Part shown: positions 1 through 13,935 of the stretch, one piece after another
Position numbering within the stretch: position 1 is the first letter of the stretch
How the letters are laid out: each line of letters begins with the position of its first letter
Assembly (NCBI GenBank): GCA_964057225.1
Contig: OZ059898.1
Coordinates: forward strand, 10,788,001 to 10,852,000
Source: Auanema rhodensis
Taxonomy: Eukaryota; Animalia; Nematoda
Direction of reading: 5' to 3'
DNA length: 64,000 bases
Made by a program: the position numbers and the translations under genes
Notes under the pieces: generated by a model
The model's database searches: none
The model's input: only the letters and a program-made list of their open reading frames with translations
What the model was told of the DNA's origin: nothing

Positions 1-1895
1 CTGAAAATAAGTAAGAAAAATCAAATAATAGAGTATTAAACGTAAACATTGTAGAAGAATATTTTTAAGTTTGCTTACAAACTATCCACTATTTACCTGT
101 ATGTCTACATATTTTGGTATATTGCATCCTAGGAAGCGGTTGTGGACTTGTACAACCTACAAAATCTTACTCTTTTTCATCTATTTGTACCTTAAAGCTC
201 AACCGTTCATTAAATTTATTAGTAGCTTGCATAGGCGGTAGAGATAAAGTGAGTTCATTGAAATCGTTTTTTTTTAATTTCCGACTTTATCATGGTGTGA
301 ACATTATCGGCTTTCTTTGAACTAAAAGGTTTGTTCAGTTCCAATGATTTTAATAAGACATTCAGATGTTATTCTGATTTCAGCTTCAGTCATATTTCCA
401 AATTTTGCCATATGTTTTGATTTAATTATCATATTATAGTAATCTTTGACATATTTCTTCTGATGCATTTGCAATGCCGGCCATCAACACGGCCCTACTT
501 GTCCTACCGATGCTTTATCTTGCAGGCCGAGACTGAAATGCATTGATAAGATAGAGCTGACCTTTCCATCTTATGTTTTTAATCAAACTTCACTAGGTAG
601 TTCTACAAGAATCTTGCTCATTTGGAGAGGATCGTTCACATCTCTCTTGTTTGATGAGGAGTTGGAAAAATGTATAAGCTTATTTTTGCCCTCCACCTAA
701 CTCAAAAAGAATATTTTGTTCAGCTCAAGATATTGTATTTGTTTATTTTTATTGTATTGCAAAAATATGAATTAAATGAACCAAGGTCTACCTTGCAACA
801 ATTCATCCAACAATTCAAATTTGTTCATCCAGCAATTCAACAAGAACCGTTTGCTCATTTTTCGACATCAGTTTAATGAATCGTTATCAGTTTTTCGTCA
901 TACCATTTAAAGCCATATTAAACGTGAAATTCAGACAATTTTAAGATTTGTTTCTAAGAACCCTTTATTGAATGATCGATAAAAGTATCATTTCATCATA
1001 TCTTTTGCTCTGGATACATTCTTCAAAAATAATTTTGTGTTCATTCAGTGATATTTCATCTGTAATATTAGTTTATTTGTGTGCTTGTTTCTTATTTCAA
1101 CAACATTTACATGCATTTCCCTTGCTGATTAAGTTTTCTGCTTAATAACCAATTGAACAGATTACAATTTCACCCCACATATCGACTTTATAGTGCAGAA
1201 TCAGCCAGAAGCAGAGCCATGGACCATAACTTGAGTCCGCACCTTTCTTGTATAGGTGGTACAAAAGTTTACTGTGCTCCCTACCCTCATACTTCTCTCT
1301 ATCATTCTCTGTTTTCTCTCTCTTATCATCAACTTTTATATTTCTCCCTCTCTCTCTTGCTCTCTTTGTGTTTGACATGTAGTGTTCTTTCTTTTCTAAT
1401 GTTTTTTATCCATACCATGTTCTTGTCTTTCTGTTCCTCTTCTGTCTAATGCAAAAGCCTTTAACCACTCTTCTCATGTTTTTCTTAATAGATATTAGCA
1501 TCGATTGAATTTTCTACTGTTTTATTAGGATTATAGAGGGTACTAGACTGTTTTTCAATTCATTTTTTCCTTATTACTTATTGTGAACATTTTCTGATTA
1601 CGCTACATCTATGATCATATCAATGCAGCCAGCCTTATATTGTCTAACATTTTGAACCAAACTTATAGTAAGCGTAAAACTAATAATATTTTTGAAATTT
1701 GTTTCATATTCTTTCAACTATTTCATGTTTCTCTAGCACGTCTAATGAGTTTTTTGTTTCTTCAAATTTCACTGTTTAATCCCTTCTTATTTTAATTCAA
1801 TCTTTATATCATCGCATAATACTCACTTCATATTGGCAATCCCACACTTATTAAAATTTATTTTTGAAAAACTATTGTTTTATAGATTTAAAGCG

Positions 1896-3244
1896 ATGTC
1901 ACAAATTGAATGGAATCAGATGCAATCATACGATCCATTTACTAACCCATGGCCTAATACTCATACTCATATGCAAGTTCCTGATCAGCAAATAGGTTGG
2001 TATTATAATATTTTTAAAATTTCATCGTTTTTAGAGGTTTTATCAAATATGCAAAAATTAATTGAACTATTTTGATTTAATAGAAAATAAAAAACCAAAC
2101 ACAAATGGAGAAGTCAAGCTCTTTCTTGTTTTTCTTCACATCATCAAACCTCTATGTATCACAATCCGATTGGCAACACGATTTTCTCGATCTTCTTTTG
2201 CATAACCAAGGCATTAAGTCAGGGTTGTTCCAAAGCTTAATACAAATATGATTTTTCTATTTCTGTGTAAAAACTATACAATTATTTTGAAGTTATAGTA
2301 ATAGAGTAGATCAAGAACAGTCTGGAAAGGTGATACTTAATCTAATAATCTCATTGACACCTTTAATTTTACTACTATGACCAAAATTATATTTCGACTT
2401 ATATTCATCACATTTTTGCCCTTTTTTCTCTAATTATCAGTTCATTTTCTTTGAGTTGGACGCTTATGGGAAAGGTCGACTTCTTCCGTCACCTCTTATT
2501 GTAATAGTTCTCCTGATCTCTTCGTCTTCGTTGTCGTCGTATACCTATCATCTTGCCTAACCCCACTTCTTCTTCTTCTTTCTTGTGGCCTCCTCATCCT
2601 TCGACTTTTTTCTTTTTTCTACTTTTCTTTGTTGAGCTGAAAAAAGACAGTTATATCAATATATTACAACAAGTCAAAAAAATGATGGCATTTATGCTTT
2701 TGATCAGGATTTTCAGATTCTAATACTTTATCTGGTTTTGCTCACTTTTACGTCTCATGCTATCAATCTATGATTGGTGATCCAAGACACATCTGGTGCT
2801 GAAAACGTGGCATCAGTAGGTTTAGAATGATCATAGAAAGTTCAAGAGGTTTCATTTACGTCCTTTCGATATTTATATAATACCAAAGTCTATTCTTGCT
2901 CATCTCTCTCAGCTTTGGACTGTTTCTGGATTGCTACTCCATTCTTTTGCTAAAACAAGTCGTTTCCTCATTAATCTTAATATATTAATTGAGTAATATC
3001 ACCTATATTAATACTACGACAATTAGCAACTACTGATTAGAGTTTGCTTTCAAGCTCTGGTTTATTACAACAAACGGGCATTAACGCTGACAACGATGGC
3101 GTTATGGTAGGAGATGACGTTGTCAAGAATACAACATACTCTCTAACACAAGTATTCATCATCACCTTCATGGTCATTTCTCTCCTCTCTATTTCTTTTT
3201 TTCTCTCTTCTGTGATAGCTTAGTTTAAATCATACCTCTCTCTC

Positions 3245-3275
<31 letters not shown>

Positions 3276-6200
3276 ATCTCTCTCTATGTCACAGTCTCAG
3301 TTTTTCTGCTTTTGTACGTAAGGGACCGCGCGCGGGAGTGGTATGTGGCCCATACATGCCTCGCCTGCCTGCAATGATTCCTATTCCCTTTTTCTTTCAA
3401 TTATCTCCCTCTATTTCTATCAAATATAACTAAAAGAGACAGTAGAAGGAAATGATGAAGACGGTGACAACCACGTCGTCGTCTATGTCCACGAAGACGA
3501 TGATAGCTATGATGAGAAGGCGAAGAAGAAGAATATGATGAAGAAGAAGGGAAAGAAGAATAAAAGGGAGACAACCGAATAGATTGCAAATTGTAACATG
3601 ATGAGAGGTCTGATCACCATCTTCACTAGACAACTCCATCTTTCTTCCTTTTCTCTATATGGCACAATGTATAGACCAATATTTCTTCTTCTCTATCAGC
3701 CTATCAGCATCTCTATCAGTCTCTGTGTCTGTTGTCTTTCCTATTGCGGTCTCTATATCTCACTCTTTACCCGCAATGATTGCGGGTGATGGTCATGATC
3801 ATCACTCTCTTCCTCTATCTATCTATCATTCCTTATATGGCTACTACCCCCCCCCCCCCCAACAACCATAATTTGTATTATGTACGTCCCCTCCTACTGG
3901 GAGACAACGACTCTTATCATATTATGACGCATGTTTTTCTCCAGAGTTTATCTTGCCACTCGTTGATTGAACTGACCCTAAGATAGCCGACGATATGATG
4001 ATCCGATAATGGCTTTTCCTTTTTAGTCGTTTTTCCTTTCATCTGAAACGTTTCTAAAATAGTTCCATATCATCGTGCATGTTGTATATGATTATCAGTC
4101 AGCATAATGGTTACAAGACCATCATTACTAGTTTTCTGTTCGATTTCATTTATCTTCTACTCTTGTCTCAAGTCTTCGAGTATCTCTCTTTCTCTATGTG
4201 GATGTTTAACACATAAACTAAAAAATTTTATGTTCTATAGCTAACTACTTTTATGGAAGATGTTTTGGTATAGAGGAAAGATTTATGATCTATCTTTATC
4301 TCTTTCTCTCTCGATGTTCTAAGTCCCCCCTCTCTCTCTCTTAAACTACGATTTTCACTTCGCATATCTTTCATTCTCTCTTCTCTCTTTTGTATTTTTT
4401 CATAAATAAATTCCAAAAAAAGTTAATTGGTTGGACCAAAGTTTGACTGTCCGAAACGCACGAGAGCTTTCAGTCTAAAACATTTTATTGTTCCAGCCCA
4501 CGTTGTCATTTGTCTGCAACTTTCCTTATGTGTTCAAAGCTTTTTCAGACACCTTATCATAACCTATTTTCATTAGTCAATTTGGATTGTAAACGGTTTT
4601 TAGGGAAATCGTCTGCTCCTAGACCAGCCTAGAGACATGGAGCCATTCTACCAAAGGTTTTTGTCGATTTGGCTAGCATCGCCATAGTCATCATCAGTGG
4701 TCGTAGATGATGGATCATTCGACCTGTCTTCAGTCCCTCTTCTTCTTTCTCTATCTTTTGTTCTCTCCCTCTCTTTCTCGCTCATCAGTCTCAAGAAAAT
4801 TTTATTTTTGTTCGTTTAGTCCAATATCAATCCTTTTCCATAAATTTCCGTTCCTCTTCATTGTCCCAAAAAGTAACAGTAATTTTGCCTCCAGCTGTAA
4901 AACAGCCTTTCTCGGTTCTGAACATAGGGGTAGTTTAAAGGTTAACAACTTTTTTCTTGAGCAAAAGCCTCCTATGGTAGACAGCAGTACCATACCCTAG
5001 AATGCTCCATCACCTTCTACATTTATTGGCTCTAAGTGTGAAGTGAAAGCTAACATCATACGTATGGTTTGTGAACCTATTTGCATAGTGCTTGTTGCAT
5101 TTGCTGTAATGTGTTGTGCCTATCTTCACAAACTCTTTACGATGTTAGCAAACTCATAAAAACTGGAGAAATAGATGGTTGAACAAGCTCCTAGGTCTGC
5201 ACCATGTATGTGTCTCCTTCTTCTAACCCGATCTTCTTTGGTTCTAATACTACGTTTTCAACGTCTTCTACGTTTCCGTTTCCATCTCATTCGTTTTTCT
5301 TTTTCATTCTATTTCAGAATAATTTTTTCTTATGTTGTATACTGCAACCAATCATTGTCTTCTTCAGTCTATTTCCATCCACCTGACTTTATTTTTCATG
5401 CTCCTAATAGTCCGTGGAACTGCAAACGAACATATAATGTCAATTATCATCAGATGCACTAAGCGTTCCACTAGCTCAGCTGTAAGATTTACATGGGATT
5501 TGAAAGCTCCCTTCTAACCGATTCATTTCAAACCACCGCTTTGGATCAAAATATCCAACTACGGTTGACGCACTATGTGTTCTGTTGATCTAAATTTCCA
5601 AATTATCTTCTTTTTCCCTAACTCCCTTTGATTATAAAATTAAGTGCTCCGTTAAGCTTTGAAATCTTTTTCAACCCAGACAGCATAACATTGAAGTTCT
5701 GACTCACATTTCGAGCAAATATAAGCCTCATTTTTAATTTTCTCAATGTGTCATCTTCAAATCTAAAATCCTTCTATTTCTTTATGTTCAATTTGATTCG
5801 AGTCTGATTATCTTCTTTTCTCAGATTTAGCTCCTTTTTAACATATCAATATTCTGAATTATCTTTCAGCTCAGCAAAAGCATATTTTTTAATATATTTG
5901 TGTAGCCTCGAAACTTTATCACAGATATTCGAGTCTATAAACGTCCCTTGTATCTTCTTCTTTTAAAAAAAATATTCTTAATTTCTTAACCATATATTTG
6001 TATAACTATATATGGATATATATATATATATATGTCTGTCTTTCTTTGCGAAGTCAGAACGTCACGTAAAATCCTATTGATCCCGATATAATCGACGTTC
6101 GCAGTGCCATCCTTGGACTCTACAAATTCTAGGAAAGATCTGGTTTCACCTCCAAATCTTTCTTTCTTTTCTGCAACCATCCTTTGTTCATTTTTTCGTT

Positions 6201-7703
6201 CATCTTCATCATTATCACCAGCTTTTCTACACTATTTCTGTTGATTCGGCTGATGCCTATGTTGGACACTTTCATCGTTTTCTTTCAATACAAGTTGTCT
6301 GTCAGCCCAGATCGATGCTACAGGCGACTGGCCGCTCGGTCGCTTGCCATTCTTGATTGATTATCAGTGACAAATTAAACATAACGTTTCTCTTTTCAAT
6401 TACTCTATTTCATTGCCCACTAAATACTGTCGTTCGAAAAAATCGTTTTTCGCGACAGAATTCACCGTTGTACTCTGTTCGACATACAAGTTAAGTAAAG
6501 CGCAGCCATGGGTTCAGCATATATGAAATATAAAAGAAAACAGAATAATATAAGATGAAACAGTTCGATACACTAATTTTTTAGTATTTTATCGTTAATA
6601 CGTCAGCTATCTCAAATAAATTTTAATGAAAAACTAGAAATAGTAAATATCTTTTTTTCAGAACAAGAGCAACGTAATTTAAACTCAATAAACCTTCCGC
6701 ATATCCATTCGATTATGATGAAGCCAGAGCCGAAAGAGGAAAACATTGCATATCGTAAGTTGATTAAGATTAAAATATCAAATATTTTAAGAAAAACTGA
6801 GAAATCTGACTTTATACATTTCATTTCTCTTCTTTCAGATTCAACAGCCATTCTTTATCCAACAGTAAAAACTGATCCTGATGATTATCAGCCAATGCAA
6901 GATTTTTACGGGTATGTTTTAATAAATATAAAGCATTGTACTATAATTAAAATAGTAGACAAATAAAAAATACAATTTTAAAAAATGAATATCCTCGGCA
7001 GATATTGTTCTAAACATATTCATAATGAAATTCATAAATTGAAGAATTTCAAAAATAGAATAATTAAATACTTGCATTTTCAGAAGTAGTATCACTGACT
7101 TTCCATTCAATTCTTTAACCTACACAAGTACAGCCCAAATAGCATATGATACAAATCAGGTTTGATTCTTCATTTCGAATTTTTGAAAACATTCTTACTA
7201 ATTTCAGATGCAATTTCTTCAGGAAATGCCATATTACTCACCTGAATTTATTGGCCCCCCTGTTGTTACCTCCACTTCAACTGAATCCTTACCCGCAAGC
7301 CGAGTATTCTACTCAGATATCGGCCAATCTTCACCAAATTATTCTCCACCCCCTCAAGATCCTCAAGTAAAACCAAAGAAAAGAATACCTGTAAGTTTTT
7401 CAAACTTGAACACGACCTATTCAAATGATTTTTCCAGGCCGTTCCTTGCCATTCAAACTCCATATGCGCAAACTGTAAAACAAAAGAAACAACATTATGG
7501 AGACGAAATCATGTTGGTGAAATTGAATGCAAGTAAGTTCTCCTTCAGTAATTTATGTAATTAAATATTGATTTTTCAGTGCTTGCAACTTATATTACCG
7601 TAAAAATAACCGTAAACGACCACTTTCACTGAAAAAGGATGGTATCTTAAAACGGAACCGCAAGCCAAGATGTGAATCTCCAACCACAAGACCAAGATCA
7701 TAA
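1896..7703 (+). CDS. elt-3: Single-finger GATA transcription factor, ELT-3 orthologue (long isoform from distal exon 1896-1995; short isoform from ATG 6715)
   Basis: Exons 1896-1995 or 6715-6754, then 6839-6911, 7084-7159, 7208-7390, 7438-7532 and 7580-7703 join in phase at GT-AG introns. The C-terminus reads KKRIPAVPCHSNSICANCKTKETTLWRRNHVGEIECNACNLYYRKNNRKRPLSLKKDGILKRNRKPRCESP, a CX2CX17CX2C GATA finger plus basic region closely matching the recalled C. elegans ELT-3. Confidence 0.9.
3236..3286. repeat. Interrupted (CT)n microsatellite in the long elt-3 intron
   Basis: Visible CT dinucleotide runs. Confidence 0.85.
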
Positions 7704-8219
7704 GCAATTTTTAATGCATTACCTTAATTTTACCTCATCCGCCACATATAATCTCGACGGGAGTTTAATAATTTAATAACGCTCTACTATTTTCCATCAC
7801 CGTTTATATATATATATATAGTATTGTATTAGGTGTTACCTAATTTGTTGCATTTTTTTTAATTCCCTGCTCTTCTCTAATCAAATCATTCCTGCAAAAT
7901 GACGTCCGAAAGTATTTTCATATGTAGGCATAACAAGTCGATCTATTCGCATACCCACGACGCATATTTGTCTTATGCATCAATGCACTAATATCTATAT
8001 AAATATATATTTTAAAAAATATATATTTATATATATGTATCTATTATACTGATATATGATAGGTATATAAAAATTAAAAATATATATATAATTTGATAAT
8101 ATAACTAAACTTTGCTCAATCTAGAATAATTGTATCGAATAGAATTGTTTATATATTGCGACAATGCAAAGTAAAAATCACAAATTAAACCCGTTTGATT
8201 GGAATTATCTACTACTGAA

Positions 8220-8779
8220 TTATACATAAGCTGAATGTTTAAGAACAACATCTTCAAGACGAGAAGAAAATAGCTCACTTGTGAGAACTTTCGATGTGTC
8301 CAACAAAGGATTCTTCATTATGGTATCAACAAAAACCTTTAAAAAGCACACAATAAATATAGAGTTACAGTATTCAAATACCTGGTATATCTGTCTTAAA
8401 AGCTCAGGCATTCCGTTGGCTCCCGGATCAGAATTCAAAACCATTTTCAAGCCAGTAGATGGTTCCAAAAAATTCATTTTATACGTGGATGTCCGATAAA
8501 ATTTAACTGCCTGATTTCTGAAGAAACAAATTTTTAACAATTACAAATTATATTTTCAAACTTGCCCATCTCTTGGAGTCAATCTTTCACTGAACGACTT
8601 CAATGATATCAACATGCCAAACATTAATTTAAACTCCTATGTAGTAAATTTTAATAAATTAATACTTTATATTAACTGACCTCAGGTTTTGGAATACCTG
8701 ATTGTTTTTCTCTTCTCCATTCTTTGTAAAAAATACACACGCCCTCCTTATTGAAAAGATAGAAATTATACAGAGTCAT
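8220..8779 (-). CDS. trpp-1: TRAPP complex subunit 1 (BET5/TRAPPC1, sybindin family)
   Basis: Four exons: MTLYNFYLFNKEGVCIFYKEWRR...EEFKLMFGMLISLKSFSERL...FYRTSTYKMNFLEPSTGLKMVLNSDP...VFVDTIMKNPL...ELFSSRLEDVV. These are typical BET5/TRAPPC1 motifs. Confidence 0.9.
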
Positions 8780-9919
8780 AGTAAGAGCGTTGGCAGCGAC
8801 TATTGGAACACCGTTAAACCAATCGACCAGTGTGGTTTTCCATCATACTCCACAAATCGTGCCGAGACTTTTAAACATTGAAGGCTCGCTTTCTAAGCAT
8901 TTTGCTGATCAATTACGGTCTTTGCAGAGATTCTGCTTCTTTGAAGAGTTTATAGATTTTTTATACAGTAAGATGTTAAAAGTACATGATAATTCCTTAC
9001 GTAACAAAAAACAGTTATTATATTATTTATATGAATTCTTTTCAGTGTGAAATACCTTTATTAAATTATTTTGTTATTGTTTTCTCGTACATATAAGTTT
9101 ATATGCATTGAATTAAGTAAAGATTTTAAGAGTTTAAGGTTTTAATCCAAATCTTATAAAAGAAAGCAACACTTCCATTTTTTGGCTGAGTCAGCAGACA
9201 AATTCAATGTGTTTTTTCTTATTTTCTTTCTCACCTTCGAAATTGTCGCTGTTGTAGTTTATATTTACAACAAAGACTTCCTCTCTGAGATCCCCTACCA
9301 GGTTTTTCCTTGTGCGCGAACGTTACAAGGATACCGGCCTCTATCCTCGTTGTTGTCCTTCTTTCTTTACTAACTGGCCTTGCTCTCTCATTCATCTCTC
9401 TATCGAATGCTATTCACATAGTTCTTGTATCGTCGATGATGTCCTCTTTTTCAATACTCTCCTTCTCCTCTACGTGTCTCGCTATCGAGCGTCTGTTTCT
9501 TGCGTGCTACCGGCCACGGCGTGGTACGCGCGCAGAGGGCTGTGCGACGCGTATTGCTCCTTTTACTCTGTTCGTTTAATGCGCTGTCAGCTTTGTATAT
9601 ATCGTTTGCAACTTACTTCATCGATTTTTGATGTATACTTTTTCTTATTAATATGCGTTATCTAAATATTATTAATAAGCATGTAACTTTGAAATAATTC
9701 TAATTAATCATTTATTGATATTAATTCAAATATGAAAATTAAAAGTATGCTATCATTAATGATGTCTTAATGTATTTCTATGATATAATGAGACTAGTTC
9801 AATATTTTTTTTACATCACTATTATTTTCATGACAATTACTTTCATCGAATGAGTTAAAAATCTAATACAAATCAGGCTTAAAGCTTTTTAACAATAGCT
9901 TCTATTATTATATTTTCAG
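8780..9919. promoter_or_regulatory. Divergent promoter region between trpp-1 and alg-1
   Basis: Head-to-head genes, a CpG-rich island at 9475-9590, and a TTTTCAG outron-type acceptor ending at 9919. Confidence 0.5.
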
Positions 9920-10261
9920 AAGTGGCGTGATCCCGCTATGTTCTCGTGCTAGTCTCATTGGTGATAGATTGAACGTAACTCAGTCTTAATCACAAATTGA
10001 TCTCACAGTCTTTGTAATAATTCAGGTTCGTTTCCCGCAAAAATTCTTACCTGGTGACCCCTAAAGAGCGTCGCGTCCCCTCAGCGAATAGTTTATATTT
10101 TTGATTGTTTCCCGCTTTTGATTAGTATATCTCCCGAGGTGGTATTCAACCATTTCTGTTTGAGTGACCCAGAGTATAATAGAGCCTGTTCAGTGCCTTC
10201 ACTACTGCCTTACTGGTAGTAGCTTCAATCTTGTCTCGCTATCAACTTTCAACTACTTGCA

Positions 10262-13200
10262 ATGACTGCCGGAATAGATCAGCAGCAACAAGTCTTGAGT
10301 ATGCTAGGTTTGTAATGATCGCTCAGCTTAATCAATTATTTTTTTTTAGAATCATTTAGCTTCCAAGATCCCTCCAATATGTTGGGCGGCCAGCAGTTTA
10401 TTCCTGGTCTTCTAGGAGGACCCATGGGCGGTCAATTTATGAATGGACCAGCTGGATCCCCATATCAAAACCAGAACCAACAACACATGCAGGTGAATTG
10501 ATGTTTTTTATTTGTATTTCAAGCAAAAGCTTCAGGATATATTCTCCTCAAGTCAGGCCAACAATGCTAGTGGAGGTTCTGGAGGCTCTCAGTCATACTC
10601 TGATACTCCTGCACGGCAGGGAGGGGGGAGTCTTGCTCCTGGTGCTCCAATCGCTCCGCCAAACGGAACAGATTCTTCTGGAGCACAACAAACTATTATA
10701 AGCCCATCTCAAGGTGGTGGAATTCCATCGTAAGCTTTCGATTTTCAATTCTGTTTTATGTGTATATGTTTAGTATTGCTTCGGGTGGAGTTCAATTTCA
10801 ATGCCCTCGTCGTCCCAACCATGGAGTTGAGGGAAGATCTATTCTTCTTCGTGCTAATCATTTTGCTGTTAGAATCCCTGGTGGTACAATTCAACATTAT
10901 ACTGTTGATGTCCAGCCAGATAAATGCCCTAGGCGTGTTAATCGGTATGATTGCATATTTCAAAAACAATTTGATTTTTTTAATTTAGGGAAATTATTGC
11001 GTGTATGATCCGTTCTTTCTCCAAATTCTTCAACAATATTAGGCCAGTCTATGATGGCAAACGTAATATGTACACTCGCGAGCCCCTTCCAATCGGCAGA
11101 GAGAAAACTGAGTTTGAGGTTACTTTACCGGGAGACTCTGCTGTAGAGAGACAATTCACTGTATCTGTCAAGTGGTGCAGTCAGGTTTGTTCAAAGTAGG
11201 AAATATGGTATAATTGTATATTTATTAGGTTTCTCTTTCAACTCTTGAAGATGCCATGGAAGGAAGAGTTCGTCAAGTTCCTTTCGAAGCTGTTCAAGCC
11301 ATGGATGTAATTCTTAGACATCTCCCTTCTTTGAAGTACACACCCGTTGGACGATCTTTCTTCTCTCCTCCAATGACATCTCATCAATCTGCTCCACATG
11401 GTCAGTATCACACTGAGAGCAAGCTTGGTGGTGGACGTGAAGTATGGTTCGGTTTTCATCAGTCTGTTAGACCAAGCCAGTGGAAGATGATGCTAAACAT
11501 TGATGGTGATTTTGTTTTACAAAGCTGAAGGTTCTAAATCAAGTTATTTAGTTTCCGCAACTGCATTTTATCGATCTATGCTAGTTATCGAATTCATCGC
11601 TGAAGTTCTTGAACTTCCCGTACAGGCATTGACTGAGCGCCGAGCGTTATCTGATGCACAACGAGTGAAATTCACAAAGGTAATTTTCTTTTTATAATTT
11701 CATTATTTATGCTGCTTCAGGAAATCCGTGGTCTGAAAATAGAAATCACTCACTGTGGACAAATGCGTCGTAAATACCGTGTTTGTAACGTTACCAGACG
11801 TCCAGCTCAAACTCAAACCTTCCCACTTCAATTAGAAACTGGTCAGACAATCGAATGCACTGTCGCTAAGTATTTCTATGACAAATACCGCATTCAATTG
11901 AAATATCCTCACTTGCCTTGTCTCCAGGTATTCCAAAACGAAAAAAAAATTATTTTCAAATCAACTAATTTCAGGTTGGTCAAGAGCAAAAGCATACCTA
12001 TCTTCCACCAGAGGTTTGTCATATTGTTGCTGGACAAAGATGTATCAAGAAACTAACTGATACTCAAACGTCCACTATGATCAAGGCAACTGCTAGATCT
12101 GCTCCTGAACGCGAGAGAGAGATCTCCAGTTTGGTTCGTAAAGCTGAATTCTCTGCTGATCCATTTGCACATGAATTCGGAATTGCTATTAATCCTGCTA
12201 TGACTGAAGTAAAAGGAAGAGTTCTTTCGGCCCCTAAACTGTTGTACGGTGGACGTACTAAGGCAACTGCTCTTCCAAATCAAGGAGTGTGGGATATGCG
12301 TGGAAAGCAATTCCATACTGGTATTGATGTCAAAGTATGGGCTATCGCCTGCTTCGCTCAACAACAACACGTCAAGGAGAATGATTTGAGGAACTTCACT
12401 GCTCAATTGCAGCGCATTTCCAACGATGCCGGAATGCCCATTATTGGCCAACCATGCTTCTGCAAGTAAGATTTATATTAATACTAAGTTTTTTATATTA
12501 TATTTGTTTTAAAGATATGCTGTTGGAGTTGATCAAGTTGAACCTATGTTCAAGTATTTAAAGCAGACATTCCAAGGAATTCAATTGGTTGTTGTCGTTC
12601 TTCCCGGAAAGACTCCAGTATATGGTTAGTTATTTAAGTTTAATTAATCACGTTACTTTTTTCTTTACAGCTGAAGTCAAGCGTGTCGGAGACACCGTTC
12701 TTGGAATTGCTACACAGTGTGTACAAGCCAAGAACGTTATTAAGACTACCCCACAGACTCTTTCCAACTTGTGTTTGAAGATGAACGTCAAGCTTGGAGG
12801 AGTTAACAGTATCCTTTTACCGGCTGTTCGTCCCCGCATATTTAATGAACCCGGTATGATATTTTGAGTTTGAAGAAATGTTACAGTATTTTTTAAGTAA
12901 TTTTCTTTGGTTGTGATATCACTCACCCTCCAGCCGGAGATTCTCGTAAACCCTCAATAGCCGCCGTTGTTGGAAGTATGGACGCACATCCAAGCAGGTA
13001 ATTTTGATTAAATTTTTTTCTATAATACGGTCATATTCTCAGATATGCTGCTACTGTGCGCGTTCAACAACATCGCCAAGAAATTATATACGATCTCACT
13101 TATATGGTCCGCGAGCTACTTGTACAGTTTTATCGTAACACTCGCTTCAAGCCTACCAGAATTGTTGTCTACCGTGATGGAGTATCTGAAGGACAGTTCT

Positions 13201-13935
13201 TCAACGTACGTTGATTTTAGCTCTATCTCAATAATGTTTAACTGTTTAGGTTCTTCAATATGAATTACGTGCAATGCGTGAAGCCTGTATGATGCTTGAA
13301 AGAGGATATCAGCCTGGTATCACCTTTATCGCTGTTCAGAAAAGACATCATACAAGACTCTTTGCTGTTGACAAGAAGGATCAAGTGGGAAAAGCTTTCA
13401 ATATTCCTCCGGGTACTACTGTTGATGTTGGAATTACTCATCCTACTGAATTTGATTTTTACCTCTGTTCACACGCTGGTATCCAGGTAAAACTTCCTGC
13501 GTAGGTTAATATTAACTAGTTCTTATGTGCTTTAGGGAACATCTCGTCCATCTCACTATCATGTACTCTGGGATGATAACGGTTTGACCGCAGACGAGTT
13601 GCAACAACTTACTTACCAGGTCATTTCAATAAAATATATTTTCTTAATAATAGTATCTTCTACAGATGTGCCACACCTATGTGAGATGTACTAGATCCGT
13701 TTCTATTCCTGCCCCTGCTTATTACGCACACTTGGTTGCATTCCGTGCACGCTACCATCTTGTCGATCGCGAGCATGACTCCGGAGAGGGCAGTCAACCT
13801 TCTGGCACTAGTGAAGATACTACTCTAAGTAATATGGCTAGAGCCGTACAGGTATTAACATTAAAAAAAACTCTAATTATTTGTTTAATTGCTTAGGTAC
13901 ATCCTGATGCTAACAATGTGATGTATTTCGCTTAA
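10262..13935 (+). CDS. alg-1: miRNA-pathway Argonaute (N, PAZ, MID, PIWI), ALG-1 orthologue
   Basis: About 17 exons. Diagnostic segments are [70 protein letters not shown] and [12 protein letters not shown]. The N-terminal QDIFSS...[20 protein letters not shown] segment resembles ALG-1 rather than ALG-2. The D-E-D-H catalytic tetrad is present. Confidence 0.95.

Noticed and set aside
1-10. Minus-strand TTTTCAG acceptor at the window edge
   Set aside because: Probably belongs to a gene outside the window; nothing further can be supported.
287-6366. About 13 TTATCA/TGATAA GATA sites upstream of and within elt-3 (autoregulation or ELT-1 input)
   Set aside because: The count is close to chance for this AT content; it would need conservation or ChIP evidence.
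114-6600. Many short F/L/S-rich ORFs in the ORF track
   Set aside because: Artefacts of pyrimidine tracts in the elt-3 upstream region and long intron; only 1896-1995 has a consistent exon structure.
10493-10523. Apparent 31-nt intron in alg-1
   Set aside because: An in-frame CTTCAG acceptor at 10535 gives a normal 43-nt intron.
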